Positions 13,115 through 27,100 of a stretch of 64,000 nucleotides of DNA are shown here, piece by piece (the first letter of the stretch is position 1; the number at the start of each line of letters is the position of its first letter). The stretch spans positions 35,216,001-35,280,000 of the forward strand of contig OZ024745.1 of NCBI GenBank assembly GCA_964016885.1, written 5' to 3'. Source of the DNA: Eledone cirrhosa. Taxonomy: Eukaryota. The notes below the pieces were generated by a model, which saw nothing but the letters and a program-made list of their open reading frames with translations, made no database searches and was not told the DNA's origin. Made by a program: the position numbers and the translations under genes.

Positions 13115-14299
13115 CTGTCAAAATAGAGAATAACATAAAAAATAAAAGTGTCTGAATATTATACGTTTAGTTTGTTATAACGTGATTCAAGGAAATGTTT
13201 ATGACAAAAGAAGCGAAAAAAATGTGATGAAGCTTTAATGTTGAAAAATGAATCTACAACTTCGTGATCGTGCAAATGATAATGCATCTGTGAAAATATT
13301 AGTTAAGAATCATTGTAATTTTTCTGAAGTGTTACTGTTTATTTATTCACATAAACTCTCATGTATAAATTTTCGTTGAAAGAGAAAAGATTCTAGGCGA
13401 GTGAAGTTTGCACGAAACTCCACAGAATATAAGCATTTTCGCGGTGAGCGTGAGGGTAAGATAGCAGAGAACTATAATTATGTTTAATTACACTTTTCTT
13501 TCTTGCCAACGATAGGCTTTACATTAACAGATCTGTATTTTGTCATGCTCACACCGGTTATATTCTTTTGCTCTCTCTTAAACAGTGATACAGTATTCCT
13601 GACTGAAATAAAAGAGCTGCTGTCTTAGTTCTATACTTTTTTCTACTGACCAACGAATCTTTAATTGAACGGTATATTTGATATGTTATCTAAATAAGTA
13701 TTTGTGTGGTTTTCATGCTGTACAGAAAAGTATACTGAAGGTAGTTAAAATAATGAGAAATGTATCTAACTTTCAACTCTGGCCTATTGGCCCTATTGTA
13801 TCGATAAAAGACCCAAAGAAAGATACTATCCTAAGTACAATATCAATGAAACTCATTTTAAATTAAAAAGAAGTTAGCTGTATAGTTTATATGAAGCATT
13901 GTGAGATAAGTGTTCAGGATTGTTTTTGGAAAGACGGTGCAATGCAAATTGGAAATACAAGAGTGGAAACTAGAGTAAAGTAATAATATCAAAACAAACA
14001 ACATCACACACCGACTTTCTTTCTTTGAAAACGAGGTTATATCCTCGAAATATAATGAAATATAGGGTATAATGTTAAAGCCATTGGCTTGTTTTGCTTT
14101 TCTAACATAAATCTACCTGAGAATTGTACCATATTCCCCAAACAATAGTTAAAATAAGTTAAATGTTGCCTCTGTTTTCTAACTAAGTAAAGATATCCTA
14201 GGATTAATGAAATCATACGTTGTATATTTACGCGATCTGTCTTAAAATATCCAAATTTATTTTTACCTGCTGTTAGGCAGACGAACGTGTGAAGAAGGG

Positions 14300-15100
14300 A
14301 ACAATTCATACTCATGCGCATACGTAGCTTATGCCGAGCTCCCTGGGTTCGTTAGTCGCTGTCAAAAAGCCAGTGCATGAGGTGCTGTACTACTTATTCG
14401 TCACGGTTTCATTTCACGGGTTACTGTCAATAAAGATCCTGAGTTTCTGAAAACTGGGGTAACTGGAGACGAGCCGTGAGTGTACGGACACAATCCGGAA
14501 ATCAAATATCAGTCATCACAAGAGAAGTGTACAAGGTAACTAAGATCCCCCAAAAGCATATAAAGTGCGGAGCACAATCAAGGTGATGATGACTATTTTC
14601 GTCGACTAGTAAGGCGTTGTGTAACAATGATACGTTACAGAATGATTAACAGTTAAGAAGATTGTGTCGATGGCTATCTTGTGCAGTTGGGTGCAAGTAA
14701 CTGGATATGTGGACCTCTCAATGCTGGTAGCTTCATCATGGGTTACCCCAGCTTATTCGTCGCACTTGTTCCAAAGTTTCTAGGCAAAGAAAGCGGTTTC
14801 GCTCATTTGATAGACTCCGTATTCTGCAGACCTTTTTCCTTCTGACTTCTGAGTGTTTTTTTAAAAATAACAATACGCCTGAAAGGCTCCTGGTTTATGA
14901 ATTGATATGAGATTATCCGGACTGCTACGAGGGCAGCTGATAGAAATTCCGGAAGAAGCGTTCCAGACGTGCTTCGAACAGTAGAAGGATCGCTGGATTA
15001 AGTGTGTGGAGACACAGCAAGTCCACTTTCAAGAGGATTAGCAATTCAATCCCGCAAAGTACGTGATTCGTTTCCCAGCCTAAACGCTTCTGACAGACTT
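14300..15100 (+). mobile_element. Degenerate mariner transposase remnant
   Basis: VTGDEP*VYGHNPEIK and PYSADLFPSDF, decayed forms of the mariner TGDE and YSPDLAPSD motifs. Confidence 0.75.
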
Positions 15101-17840
15101 ATGATTTTTTTTAATAAATAAACCTTATACTTCCCTGAGGCAATTAAAATAAAAAAAGACAGCTAAAAGAGGAATAACGTGGGGAAGGGGAAACCCAACA
15201 TTTTGGGCTGAACAAGATATCTGAGCTACAGATTCACAACACACATATTTACGATATATCTCATACAAATCAATGTTGTTATTGTTAACATTAAGGCATC
15301 TTTATTCAAGTATATTCAAAGAATATACCGATCCGGTCGTGATTTATTTAGATACACGGTATTTATGACGATATTATTCGTCTTTTATTTAGACACATTG
15401 TATTTATGACGATATTATTCAATGTATCATCTTTTTATTAAAGAGTATAGTAAACCAAAAGGAGGCCCGAAGTGGATCATTAGCAAATTGGTTGGATAAC
15501 TTGGGGACACAGCCGGATCGAATAGGAACATTTGCTTCTAATAAGATTTTCTGATGACTCTGTCGCCAAGACCCTCCCAGAAATAAGTGGAAGAAGAAGA
15601 AGAAGAAGAAGAAGAAGAAGAAGAAGAAGACTTCTAGCTTGCTAAGTGACCAAGTAGAAATTTCTTGATTAGCTCGTTTCCAACAATTTGAGTTTCAACT
15701 GAGGCTAACTCACTCTTCTTAAGCTAAGTACATATACACGATAAAGATATGCACGCTACACAATCTCCTTCCCATCATTTATACTTGATTGTATGTGTAA
15801 ACAAGAAACCAAGAGTATATACAAAATAAAACATTTCATATATGGATACTTTTATTTACAGAAGAGAAAAAAATAACACGTTTTACGCTATTGATTTCCC
15901 AAGAATATTTGCTGTAAAAACTATAACCGTTTTCAGCTAAACCTAGGCAACAGAAGGCGAAGTAAATATAGCCATTCTGATCACTATAATTTACTTTTCA
16001 GAGCAAGAAAATACCTTAGCCCCCAAACAATTGCTGATTCTATACACAATATAAATATACTTAACACTATAGTAGATGATCGAACACATGTTATGTACAC
16101 ACTTTCTAGACCGGCCCAACGTAGTTGCTCGACTGGCTACAAATAGCGAACAAAGTGTCCTCAAATAATATATTCATAATCAATATATGTGAATTTCGTT
16201 CATTAAAAAATGTATCTTAGCTCGGAAATGTTTTTGTGTAATAAACTTAAAAATATATACTTAGGTAGTTTTTATTAATCTAGAGTCGATACAGTATTTT
16301 ATCTAGCTTGGGTGATAAAAGAGTAAATAGAAGTCAAATAATTATCTTTCAAATGAGCTTAGTCTCTAAATAATCGCAAAAATGTAATTTATTTTTCTTG
16401 TTTTCAGATATAGAGAAACAAAGACGAAAATATATATCTTTTTTTAAAGAGAACAAATATATTTACTAAGTGTTGAAATAAAAAATTATATTATAACACG
16501 TTTCATAAAATGAAAACTCTAATTACATATGGTTGGGAATACAAAATATGAAAAAAAAGAAAATCAACCATAGAAAAATAAACAGAATCTGTAATGATTT
16601 TCATATTTTATTTAATGTCTATTGCAATATCTTTATATAAAAAATAAATACACTAATGGAAAAGGTCGAGACTATATAGATCACCCAGTCTTCTTTGAAT
16701 TTCGATTTACTACTTTGTTCTATAGTGAGGTGAATCGATACAGATATAGTTTAAAATGTATATCCTATCTAAAGAGTCTGACTTTATTGAAAGGTCATGT
16801 CTTCGGGGAAAAACATAAATACTTTTAATAGGTAAGAGTGGGTAATTCAGTTTGGCAAGCAGCTTTATAATTGTAATATTTTAACACAGTATATCAAAAA
16901 TTCTTTCATTCAGTAGTTTTCCTTACAATGTTCAATATAATCTAACATTCCAGAAAGATTGATGCAAAGCTATAAGAATATCAAGTGTAATTACGGATAT
17001 TCATATGAAGAACAACAATTTGGAGAATAAAGTGCTGGTTGAAGAAAAACTAAAGAATAGACTAAAATAATGACGTAGTCAGGATGGTTTGATAAGATGA
17101 TTATTATCAAAAAAGAGTAGATGGGCTATAATCATTTCTTGGTCTAATTATAGTTGGCGTATCATCACATCAGAAAATCACCGTGTCAAAAATCAACAAA
17201 TATTTATAGCTACCCAAAATAAACAACCGATAAGGACTATGTCATAAAAACACACGATTCTCTCTATAATTTTGCATCGATTTCATCTCAGTAGAAGGAA
17301 AATATTGATTGATTTGAAATTGAAAATGTAAATTTAACTAGTTCAGTCGGTTTTCCTATAATTGTTACCCCAGAAATAGTCTTTAAATATTGACACGAAA
17401 GCTAGAATCAATGAATGAAATCTCAAAATATGCAGTGCACAATATATGATCTACTTTATATGAATTCTGGAAGAGTAATCGTTTGAAAAGATTACGGAAT
17501 TGATTTCTTTTCTGTTCGAAGTATCTCTGATAATTTTCTCTTAATATATATTGGGAGATAATTATACGAAATGTTCGACTCATCTGTACTGAATTATTTC
17601 CAAAACTTGTTGTGTAGAAAATAAAATGTCCGTAAATTATTCTTAGCATCAAATAAATAAGTAGTTAGGAGAAAACCAATTCCCATTACATACCGAAATA
17701 TAAACATTTTAAATTTTGGCTCGTATTCACAACTCACATATAATCGCACAGATAGTATATTAATCTTAAAATAAAATTATATCTGTGCATAGTTATATCT
17801 CTGGGAAGGAGTAAAATATATCTTCAGGAAAGGAGTAAAA

Positions 17841-18037
17841 TACGAGGGCCGGATGAAAAATTCATAGGCTGACAAAGATACTCTTATGGAATGACCAAAT
17901 AAGATTTATTTTTCAACATCGTCCCTGGACAAAAACAATGCAATTATTAAGAAGAGTTGAAATTAATGCATGCATTATTTCACAGCTCTAGCATCAATCC
18001 TTCATAGTCAGCCTATGAACTTTTTAGCCGACACTTG
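17841..18037. mobile_element. Mariner-type MITE (~195 bp)
   Basis: TACGAGGG start; TIRs ccggatgaaaaattcataggctgac / gtcagcctatgaactttttagccg. Confidence 0.75.
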
Positions 18038-18291
18038 AAAACTGCCCTCTCCAGTTTATTTCTATTAGTCAATCACTTTGAATCTATGTATAAAAAGTCG
18101 ATCTCTATATGATTAGACAGAAACTGAGATCTCAAACATCTAAGCTACTAATCTCGGGCTACATTGTTTACCCCAACTCATCCAATGTTGATATAATATA
18201 TGATACATATAACCAACAACGTTATTGGTCAACCAGAACTAATACCCAAAATATACGTTCAGTTTTATTTCTATTATATGAACGATAAAAT

Positions 18292-18660
18292 GGCGGTGGA
18301 TTGGCAGTATCGGTAGAGGGTCGGAAACCATGCTTTGATGCATAGAGTTACGGCCCTTGCGATTCAGAGTTAAAATCCCGCCGAGGTTAACTTTGCCTTT
18401 CTTCCTTACGGGGTCGATAACATAAAGTAGCAGTAATGAACTGGGTAATTGCTGGCCTTATGCCAAAAGTAGAAACAATTATTATTTGAAGTAAAGGGCG
18501 GTGAATCGGCAGTATCGGTAGAGGGTCGGACATGCTTTCAGGCATAGTTCAAATCCCGCCGAGGTTAACTTTGCCTTTCATCCTTACGGAGTGGATAAAA
18601 TAAAGTACCAGTATTGTACTGGGTAATTGCTGGCCTTGTGCCAAAAGTAAAAACAATTAT
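18292..18660 (+). mobile_element. Two tandem tRNA-derived SINEs (octopus OK/Nin-domain-like)
   Basis: GGCGGTG..TGGCAG A-box-like head, GTTCAAATCCC B-box-like motif, core gccgaggttaactttgcctttcatccttacggggtcgataaaataaagtaccag, tail ggccttgtgccaaaagtagaaacaatt. Confidence 0.85.
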
Positions 18661-20260
18661 TAAGATGAGAGAAATTTAAAATGTTGATGTTCATAGATTT
18701 TATCAAGGGTAGAATTTGAGAAATAAGAGAAAGTGAAATGAATTGAAGTAGTTAGATCTGGGATTAAATTGGTTTATTAACATGTTAATATTTCATGACA
18801 AGTTCATAGGTCTTCTCTTATTTACAACAATTGTTTTTTAACATACAGATTTATAACAAGGTGGAAATGGGGTAACTGCATCTGTATCCTTCAATATTAG
18901 CTAAAAAATATAACTGATCGATGGAATAATGAAAAACCTGGGTTTTTGCTTTTATCCGTTGTAGTTTTGTGGTTTTACATTGCTTCGACGTATAGGTTTG
19001 TAATTATAAGAAGTTCGCATGGTTTTTGTTATGAAGTTTTCAGTAGCAAAGATTGAATGTGAAGACAGTTTACTTTGTATATAAATAATCTCAATTAATA
19101 ACGTCTGAGTAACAAAATTTGATGTTGATGATATTTCACTTGGTGCCCCAATACACTAGTTATGTATAATTTAGATTTTTCTGTATGAATATTTATACAA
19201 TGTTGTAATCATTTGAATGGAAGTGAGCAACGTATTGATACAGATTGAACATATCAGATTAATTGCTGGGTCTCAGCGTAACTTTCAATTTGGTAGCTCA
19301 TTTAAGTTAATTCACTGGCTTTCAAGTGCGGCTGATTGACATATTACGTATTGTACAACAACAACTCTTATACTCAAGTAAACACACACAAACACACACA
19401 TTCTATCCCCATCAGTTTTTCACACACACACATACACATGTACGCATACATATTGATTTAGACTTATTAGAACTATTCAAATATTTAGTAATGAGAGTAG
19501 CATATTGCTGAAACTTACTCTTCTGTGTTTAATGGGGTATTGACATCATGTCAAAGACAGACATTAACCAAATGAATTCTAGGAAATTATCAAAGAATTA
19601 GCAGACTGGAATATTAAATACGGTAACATTATGAATAGAAATGAGGTATTAAAATCAACCTAATTGTGTATCTAATAACGTTGTATTTTATTGAGATAAT
19701 CTATTAGGCAGGATATTTCAAATAAATTTGTCATGTAAAATTTGGAAATTATTTCAACTTCTATTGACGCGAAACTTAAAACTAATGTGGGTCTTCTTTT
19801 TTGATGAATTCACAAAACTCTGCACTTAAGAAGTAATTAAACATAAATATAAAATAACTGATGGGATTTCAGTTACAGATTCCAGGAGATGTCATGAAAA
19901 ATTAATGAATATTTTGCTGAAAAATTACTAATCTTTACATTCGAATCTAAATTTGACTGTTATAACCAACTAATTTTGTTTATCAGCACGCTTGTACTGG
20001 TCTTATAGCTGACGTTTGGAATGTGGAATTTATATTCTGAACAAGGAAGCCGTTGTATATGTGTATGTATATGTATAAAACCATAACCATTTGTTAGCAG
20101 ATGGAATATCACGAATGACAAAACTATTATCTCATATCCCTTTCGGCATAACGGGTAGATATTGTCTTATGATACCAGCGGACAGAATTACGAATGCGTG
20201 ACCATAACATTATTCGATGTTACGTGTTTTTATGTTAAGATATATGGAATATATACTTAC

Positions 20261-20397
20261 TCGTTTCTTTTCCATTCTAAATGGCCTTAAGTTAGGATCA
20301 TATACTAATGACCTTGGATCAATATCAACGGGTGACTGTTGTTTGCCTTTTTCACATAACGTCCAATCAGGGTTGATTTTTCCCCAGTACTCTGGAC
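20261..20397 (-). CDS. Upstream internal exon of the same CA10/CA11-like gene (absent from the ORF track)
   Basis: tttgtacAG|GTCCAGAG...AAACGA|GTaagt, 137 nt, phase 1/0. Encodes GPEYWGKINPDWTLCEKGKQQSPVDIDPRSLVYDPNLRPFRMEKKR and joins in frame to the 12923-13114 exon. Confidence 0.92.
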
Positions 20398-20424
20398 CTG
20401 TACAAATAAGAATATTACAGAGAT

Positions 20425-22330
20425 AATCAATTATTAAAAGCTGAAGAATTATACAAAAATTTGAATGATCAATTACTGATCGACCAAATTATAGTGAAAA
20501 ATAGTAAGAGGAGATTAATATCATTTAGAGTCGCATGATAGATTATTGCATGGCGTATTATATGGTACCTCACAGTTGGATTGAAAAATCAATGGAAATG
20601 TTTGGATTGACCATAAATATGAGACAGTTCTTCAAAGAGAGTTTGAAACAGTGGAATACTGAATTAATCACTGGCAATGAAAAGTTAGGAAATGTGAAGA
20701 TAAGGCGTAAGATATTCCAAGGAAACAGTTTGTCACCATTGTTTTTTGTGGTAGCGATGATTCCACTGACACTGAATTTCAGAAAGACAAAGCCATTTTA
20801 CGAACTAAAGAAAGGAGAAGAGAGCGAGTCAATCACCTTCTCTTCGTGGACGATCTTAAATTGTTTGCGAAAAGTGAAGATTAAATAGACAACTTAGTAA
20901 ATGTAGTCATGATATTTTCAAATGATATCAAGATGGAATTTTTATTGTCAAAATGCGCTGAGCTGGTTATGAAGAGAGGAGAAGTTGTTCGGAATTGCGA
21001 TGCCAGACGGAACATGATGAAATACATTGAAGAAGGAAGTGGATATCTTGGAATATTGTAAGCAGATGGAATAAAACATGAAGGATCAGGTAAGCAAATG
21101 TATGTATGACGACTGAGGACAATACCAAAATCAAACATCAATAGTGGGAACATGATTTATGCTATCAATTCAAGAGCAATATCATTAGATATGAGACTGG
21201 CATCATAAATTAGAGGAAAGCACAACTGGAGACGTTGGGTCACAACAGGTGGAAGCTGTGGATGATAAATATAGCACATCACCTCAAGGCAGATGTGGAC
21301 CAATTATAAATGAAAAAATCAAACGGAAGCCGAGGTTTGATTGGGACAGAAGATTGTGTTTGAACAGAAACGCGCGTCTATAGAGGAATTACTGAGTGTA
21401 GTGAGCGGAGTAGATTTATTTGGAACTAACAATGGTGGCAAAAGTAAAGAAGAGGTACACAATAAACATGAAACTGCATGAGGACAAGACACTACAAGGA
21501 GGGTTCAGAAAAATAACCGAAGAAGTGAGAGGAATAAAATCGTGGGACAGGCTAAAGAAGGGGTATTTGCAAAAGGAAACAGAGAGCACAATAATTGCAG
21601 CACAAAATCAGGCAATTTGCACAAATAGCATTAAAAAAGCAGTATATGTCTCCTCTGTGTAGATTGTGTGACAGTGCAGTTGAAACAGTGGCACACATTG
21701 TCTCAGAGTGTCCGAAACTTGCTCAAAATGAATATAAGAAGGTGAGACATGATAATGTGGTTAAAGTAATCCACTGGAAACTGTGTGAAAAGTGGGGATT
21801 TGAAAAGGCAACCAAATGGTACATGCACCAACCGGAGAAAATATTGTAGTCGGAAAACTAAAATCTTATGGGATTTATATATACAAACTAACAAATGGCT
21901 AGATCATAATAGACCAGACATCACTGTAATCGAAAAGAAAAACAAAACGTGTTAGTTGATAGACCCAGCTTACCCATTTGATACTCACAAAGAAGAAATG
22001 GAAAAAAAGGAAAGTGCACAACCTACTGCTCTGTGAAGTATGACATTTCAAGAACGTAGAAGATGAAATAGGTTGAAGCAATACCAGTAGTCATTGGCGA
22101 TTTGGGGAAGATCACAAAGAATTTTGATGAATTGATAGAAAAACTAGAGTTGAATCTTATAGTGGAAATGTTACAGAAACCTTGTTTGCTTGTTAGGGCT
22201 AGGATAATACGAAAAGTATTGAATATAAATTGAAAAGAATGAAACAACGTCATGATACCCAAGGCCACTAAATGTGGTCCGCTATCTTGTCTAAACCAAG
22301 AATTAAGATCAATCTCGAGCGAGGAGAAAA
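20425..22330 (+). mobile_element. Degenerate R4/Dong-like non-LTR retrotransposon (RT plus RLE), TAA-rich 3' flank
   Basis: IFQGNSLSPLFF, CRLCDSAVETVAHIVSECPKL...RHD, HNRPDI; followed by AATAATAATAATGATAAT. Confidence 0.85.
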
Positions 22331-22361
22331 TAATAATAATGATAATGATAATGGTAATGAT

Positions 22362-22522
22362 AATTATTTCTACTTTAGGCACAAGGCCAGCAATTACCCA
22401 GTGCATTACTGGTACTTTATTTTATCGACCCCGTAAGGATGAAAGGCAAAGTCAACCTCGGCGGGATTTGAACTCAGATCGTAAAGGGACGTAACTATGC
22501 TGGAAAGCATGGCGTCCGACCC
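22362..22522 (-). mobile_element. tRNA-derived SINE copy
   Basis: Reverse complement of the 18292-18482 family. Confidence 0.85.
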
Positions 22523-22994
22523 TATGATAATGAATATCTTCAAGTCGATGTATCAATCTCCACATCTAACAATATGTTTACCAAGGAAATGGAGAATCTA
22601 TCCAAATATAAATATCTAGAGCTAAAATTATCCGAATATAGATGATGAAAATAGAAACAAATCAAACTATCGTAATTTTATTCATTTATTTCCAGATGTT
22701 AGTACTGTTGTTGTTTAGCTCCAGATATGTCCGCATTGAGCAGATCTATGATTGAAGGCTTTCAAGTCGTGTCAATACAGTGTTTTGTATAGACTTAAAT
22801 ATGCATATCTAAGTCTACATTGTGCAAAGATGTTGTTGTTTAACGATAAGGTGTGGTTTTAAGGAGATTTGGCTAATATTTATAGCATCATCCACATACG
22901 GGTTATTTCTCTCTAGATCTTTATATTTGGGGAATTTGTCCATTTCCTCTCTTGATTCGGGTTTCCAAGTCGTTTTCCCAATTCAACTTTAATT

Positions 22995-23061
<67 letters not shown>

Positions 23062-23543
23062 TTATTAATAAAAGGAATTCCAACTTGGTTTGATTTACTC
23101 GTTTTATTTACAATCCTTTAAAATTATAATGATATTATAATGAAATGGTATGGTAGAATATTAAATGTTAAGTGTTAATTGAACAAGTACTTTCATGCTT
23201 TCGCAATCTTCAGGTTCTTATTCAGTGGTGACAGTCAAATTTGCAATTTTCAACTGTTGAAACTGCGAACACAGTTGAAAATTGCAAACTTGACTGTCAC
23301 CACTGAATATGATGCCTGAAGATTGCGAAAGCATGAAAGTACTGGTTCAATTAACACTTAACATTTAATTGTTTCTACTTTTGGCACAAGGCCAGCAATT
23401 ACCCAGTGCATTACTGGTACTTTATTTTATCGACCCCGTAAGGATGAAAGGCACCATACTATTTCATTATAATATCATTATAATTTTAAAGGAGTGTAAA
23501 TAAAACGAGTAAATCAGACAAAGCTGGAATTCCTTTTATTAAT
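23062..23543. mobile_element. Fold-back element with two divergent hammerheads, flanked by (TA)n; SINE fragment in the right arm (23367-23452)
   Basis: ~200-bp arms are reverse complements around a loop at ~23259-23271. Confidence 0.88.
23181..23217 (-). ncRNA. Minimal type I hammerhead ribozyme, intact core
   Basis: Minus strand reads GAAC-CUGAAGA-UUGCGAAAGCAU-GAAA-GUAC-UU-GUUC: 4-bp stem I, stem II capped by GAAA, palindromic GUAC in stem III. Confidence 0.8.
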
Positions 23544-23573
23544 ATAATCGTCTATACACAATCATATACACCC

Positions 23574-23651
<78 letters not shown>

Positions 23652-24189
23652 TCATTGCATTATATCATTTTCCTGTTTTGTTTATCCGATAACATTTCGC
23701 ATATAAATACATACATAGATACATACATACATAAATATCTATATACACATATGAATGTGAGTCTGACTGTTGCTTGTTTGTGTTTACCTTTACTCTTTGT
23801 TTATGCCCCATAACATACCAGCTGAACAGAAAAGATCAACGAGCAAAAACATAAAAAAATATGTATGTATCACAAGTAAATATTTAGAAAATTTAGTTAA
23901 ACTATAAAACAAAATTGAGAAGTTATTTGCAAAGATAAAGAAGTAGTATGTGACGAATCATTAAAAAAAAAAACACTCGTATACGTCTTTATTTAAAATT
24001 GAAACAATTTCTAATATTTGTAATCATAATGGAGATTTGTTGTTGATAGCCAAATATTGTTTTCTTCTTCAACGTTCGACAATCAGGCACCAGTTTAAAA
24101 AATGACTGAATATAATTATTTTTATGGTAATGAAATTTCTCAAATGAAAAGATGAAACTTTTAATAACAATTATGTATGTATGTATGTA

Positions 24190-27100
24190 TGTATGTATGT
24201 ATGTATGTATGTTATCTTTTTCTCTTAATTTCGAGTATATTTTTGACCAACCACCTTCCTGGTGGCAAGGTTGTAAAAGAAAAGAAATTGTCATTCCTTG
24301 AATTGCAAAATTTTGAAGGGGCCAGCTATCGCAGCCATTTGTAGATTATGAATTAAGGAGCTGCGCTCTTTGTCCGCAAATCCAAGTTCAGTTATACATT
24401 GGTCCAAGCGGGTTGGTATATAACCCGTAGCTCCAATAATGATGGGTATGAAGCTAAAGGCGTATCTTGGATACCGGATTTGTAAACTCCTCATCAATGG
24501 TCCGTAGATGTCCTCCTTCTCCTGTATTTTTCTGATAACGTTTATATCAAGTGGGCAGCTAATCTCCACAACAGAACATGTTTTCAATGTGTGGTCCCAA
24601 ACAACAATATCAGGCCGGTTGTGCTTTAATTTGGTGGCAGTTTTTATTTTCAGGTTCCACCAGTATTCCTTAGTGCCGTCTGTCTCAATATATTCTTCCT
24701 CGTTTGTTTTTAATTTTGTTTTCCGAAGTGCGTTCCAGATGGTTCTAGCTAGCCCATCGTGTCTCATGGGGAGGTAGTAGCGAGATAACATTCTTTCGCA
24801 GCTGGCAACAATGTGGCTTACATCTTCGATCTTTGTTTTACATAGCCTGCATTTATTGTCAACTGATAGCCCTCCTCTTTTGTGCAGCAGATATTTGGTA
24901 TGGAGTTCGTGTTCCTGTATTGCATAGAGATATCCCCCAAGGTGTGATGTCATAAACTTGTCGGAACTCCATGCCAGGCTTTTTGAGTGGTTTATCCCCT
25001 CTATGGTCTGTGTTTTACGTCTCAAGTATCCATGCAAACCTTTTCTGTAAATTGGTCAATTTTTTCATCTTGTTTGACCATTGAATAGGATCTTCCGATT
25101 TCTCTGGGTGAGAGATTTATATCAGGCTTTATTCCATATATCTCCTCCAGATCAGTGGCTATCCTAATGATATTTCTTTATTCATGCTCATAAACCTGGG
25201 CTTGATGGTTGCCAACCCTTTTCTTCTGTTGAAGATGTTGCTTCAGTGTTACTATCCGGATCTCATATGATGTTAATATGGATTTTAGACCCCGGCCACC
25301 TTCCTTGCGTGAGAAGTATAGCCTATCCACATCACCATTGATGTTGAAGTTCCCAGTAACACTGAGAAGTTTGCGAGTTCTAACATCCATCTCACTTAGT
25401 TCTTGCAATGACCAGTTCAGCAGGCAAAATGTTGGCGTTAGAATTGGCACAGCATAAGTATTGTGGGAAATGTACTTGTACGCTGACAGTTCTGATGACC
25501 ATATTTTCTTTACTCTTCTGAGGTATTCAGTTCTTGTTCTCTCCTTATTTATGGGTCCATCATATCTGACATTCTCATCCTGACCAAGATATCTGTAGTT
25601 GTCACCTGACTGTAGACGTTGTATTGTCAGGCCGTTCATCTCTAGATTTCTAGAGGAGGGCACAGCTCTTCCACGTTTTACTGCCAAATATGCACACCTG
25701 GACTCACCAAATTTCATTTTGATGTCTGTTGAAAATTGTGTAATGAGGTCCAATTGTTTCTTGATGTCATTGATATTTGGCCCATACAACTTCAGGTCAT
25801 CAACAAAGAAAAGATGGGAGATACTTCTGGACCCACCTCTTTGTCCACCTTGTTTCCTGAGTAGGTAAATAGTGGATTTAGTGAGAGAACGAAGAGTAGC
25901 ACTGACAAGCTATCACCCTGAAAGATGCCCTTCTGGTAATGTATCTTATCAGACTTAACTTGCTCCTTCTCACCTCTAAGGATCAAATTGGTGTACCAGT
26001 TCTTGGTCAGAGGTTCAACAGCAGCTACCAGTGGTATGGAACTTTGGCTAACTGTAAAGCCTTAACAATCCACCCATGAGGTACACTATCAAATGCTTTT
26101 TGATAGTCCAGCCACACCACAGTCATATTTCTGCGATTCTTTGTTGTTTTTTCTTGATTCCTTTTATTAGGTAGTAGGTGATCTATGCAACCCACACCTC
26201 CCTCTTTCCACCAGCTTGCTCAGGTGTTATAATGTTGTTGGTAGCACAGTGATCCTGTAAGAACAGGTTAAGGTACCCAGTATATAATTTATACATGATG
26301 TTTTGGCAGGCTATTGAGCGGTCATTTTTAGCAAGGGTGGTTTGGCTATTTTTGGGAACGAGGAGAGTAGTGGCAGTTGATAACCATCTGGGCAGTTCTT
26401 GTGTGCCTTTAATGGTTTCTGTAAATAGCCGTATGAGATCTTGCCGATAGAAAGTGAAATTCTTCAACCAGTATCCTGTTATGAGGTCTGAGCCTGGTGA
26501 TTTCCTATTCGACATTTTCTGTAGAGCTGTTTCCAGTATTGACCCATCTATGTAATATTGTTTTATCTGGACATGTTGGCAGTAGTCCTGTTCCAGTTCT
26601 TTTAGCCATTTAGTTTGTTTGTTGAATCCGTCGCCCGTTTCCCATACAGATCTCCAGTAGCTCTCAACCTGTTCATTTACAGAGATTGAGCTTTTGGCTC
26701 CGAAGCTGCGATAAATTGATTTAGGATCTCTGGCAAACAATCTATTTAGCACTTGTCGTTTATGTGCTGTTGACTTATATTTTAGTCTTTTTGTTGTAGC
26801 TGTGAGTTGTTGTTTCAGTTGGTGTAATTTGGAGTTTAAAGTTTTAAATTTTGTATCTCAAAATCGTCTCTCTATTTTTTTTACGTCTTCCTGGTGTCGT
26901 GTGAAGTTGCTCTCTATGTTGCATTTCATAATGACTGCGATTTGTGAGATACTTCGTCTCAGGGACAAAATTTTGCTTTTTAAATTTCGCATCCACGTTT
27001 GTTCAGGCTTTTTGTTCGTATCTTGATTGCGTGGTTTTAGATGTTTTTTCATATGATAGCAATGTGACAGCTGAAACATATAACAAAATGTTAAGCATTT

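Noticed and set aside
15550-15590. CTGATGA...GAAA at 15551, and similar isolated boxes at 2860, 11268, 32140-32180, 40735 and 62211
   Set aside because: No convincing stems I, II and III, or no GAAA, so not called as hammerheads
18292-18390. tRNA-like A/B boxes
   Set aside because: These are SINE heads with no complete cloverleaf, so not tRNA genes
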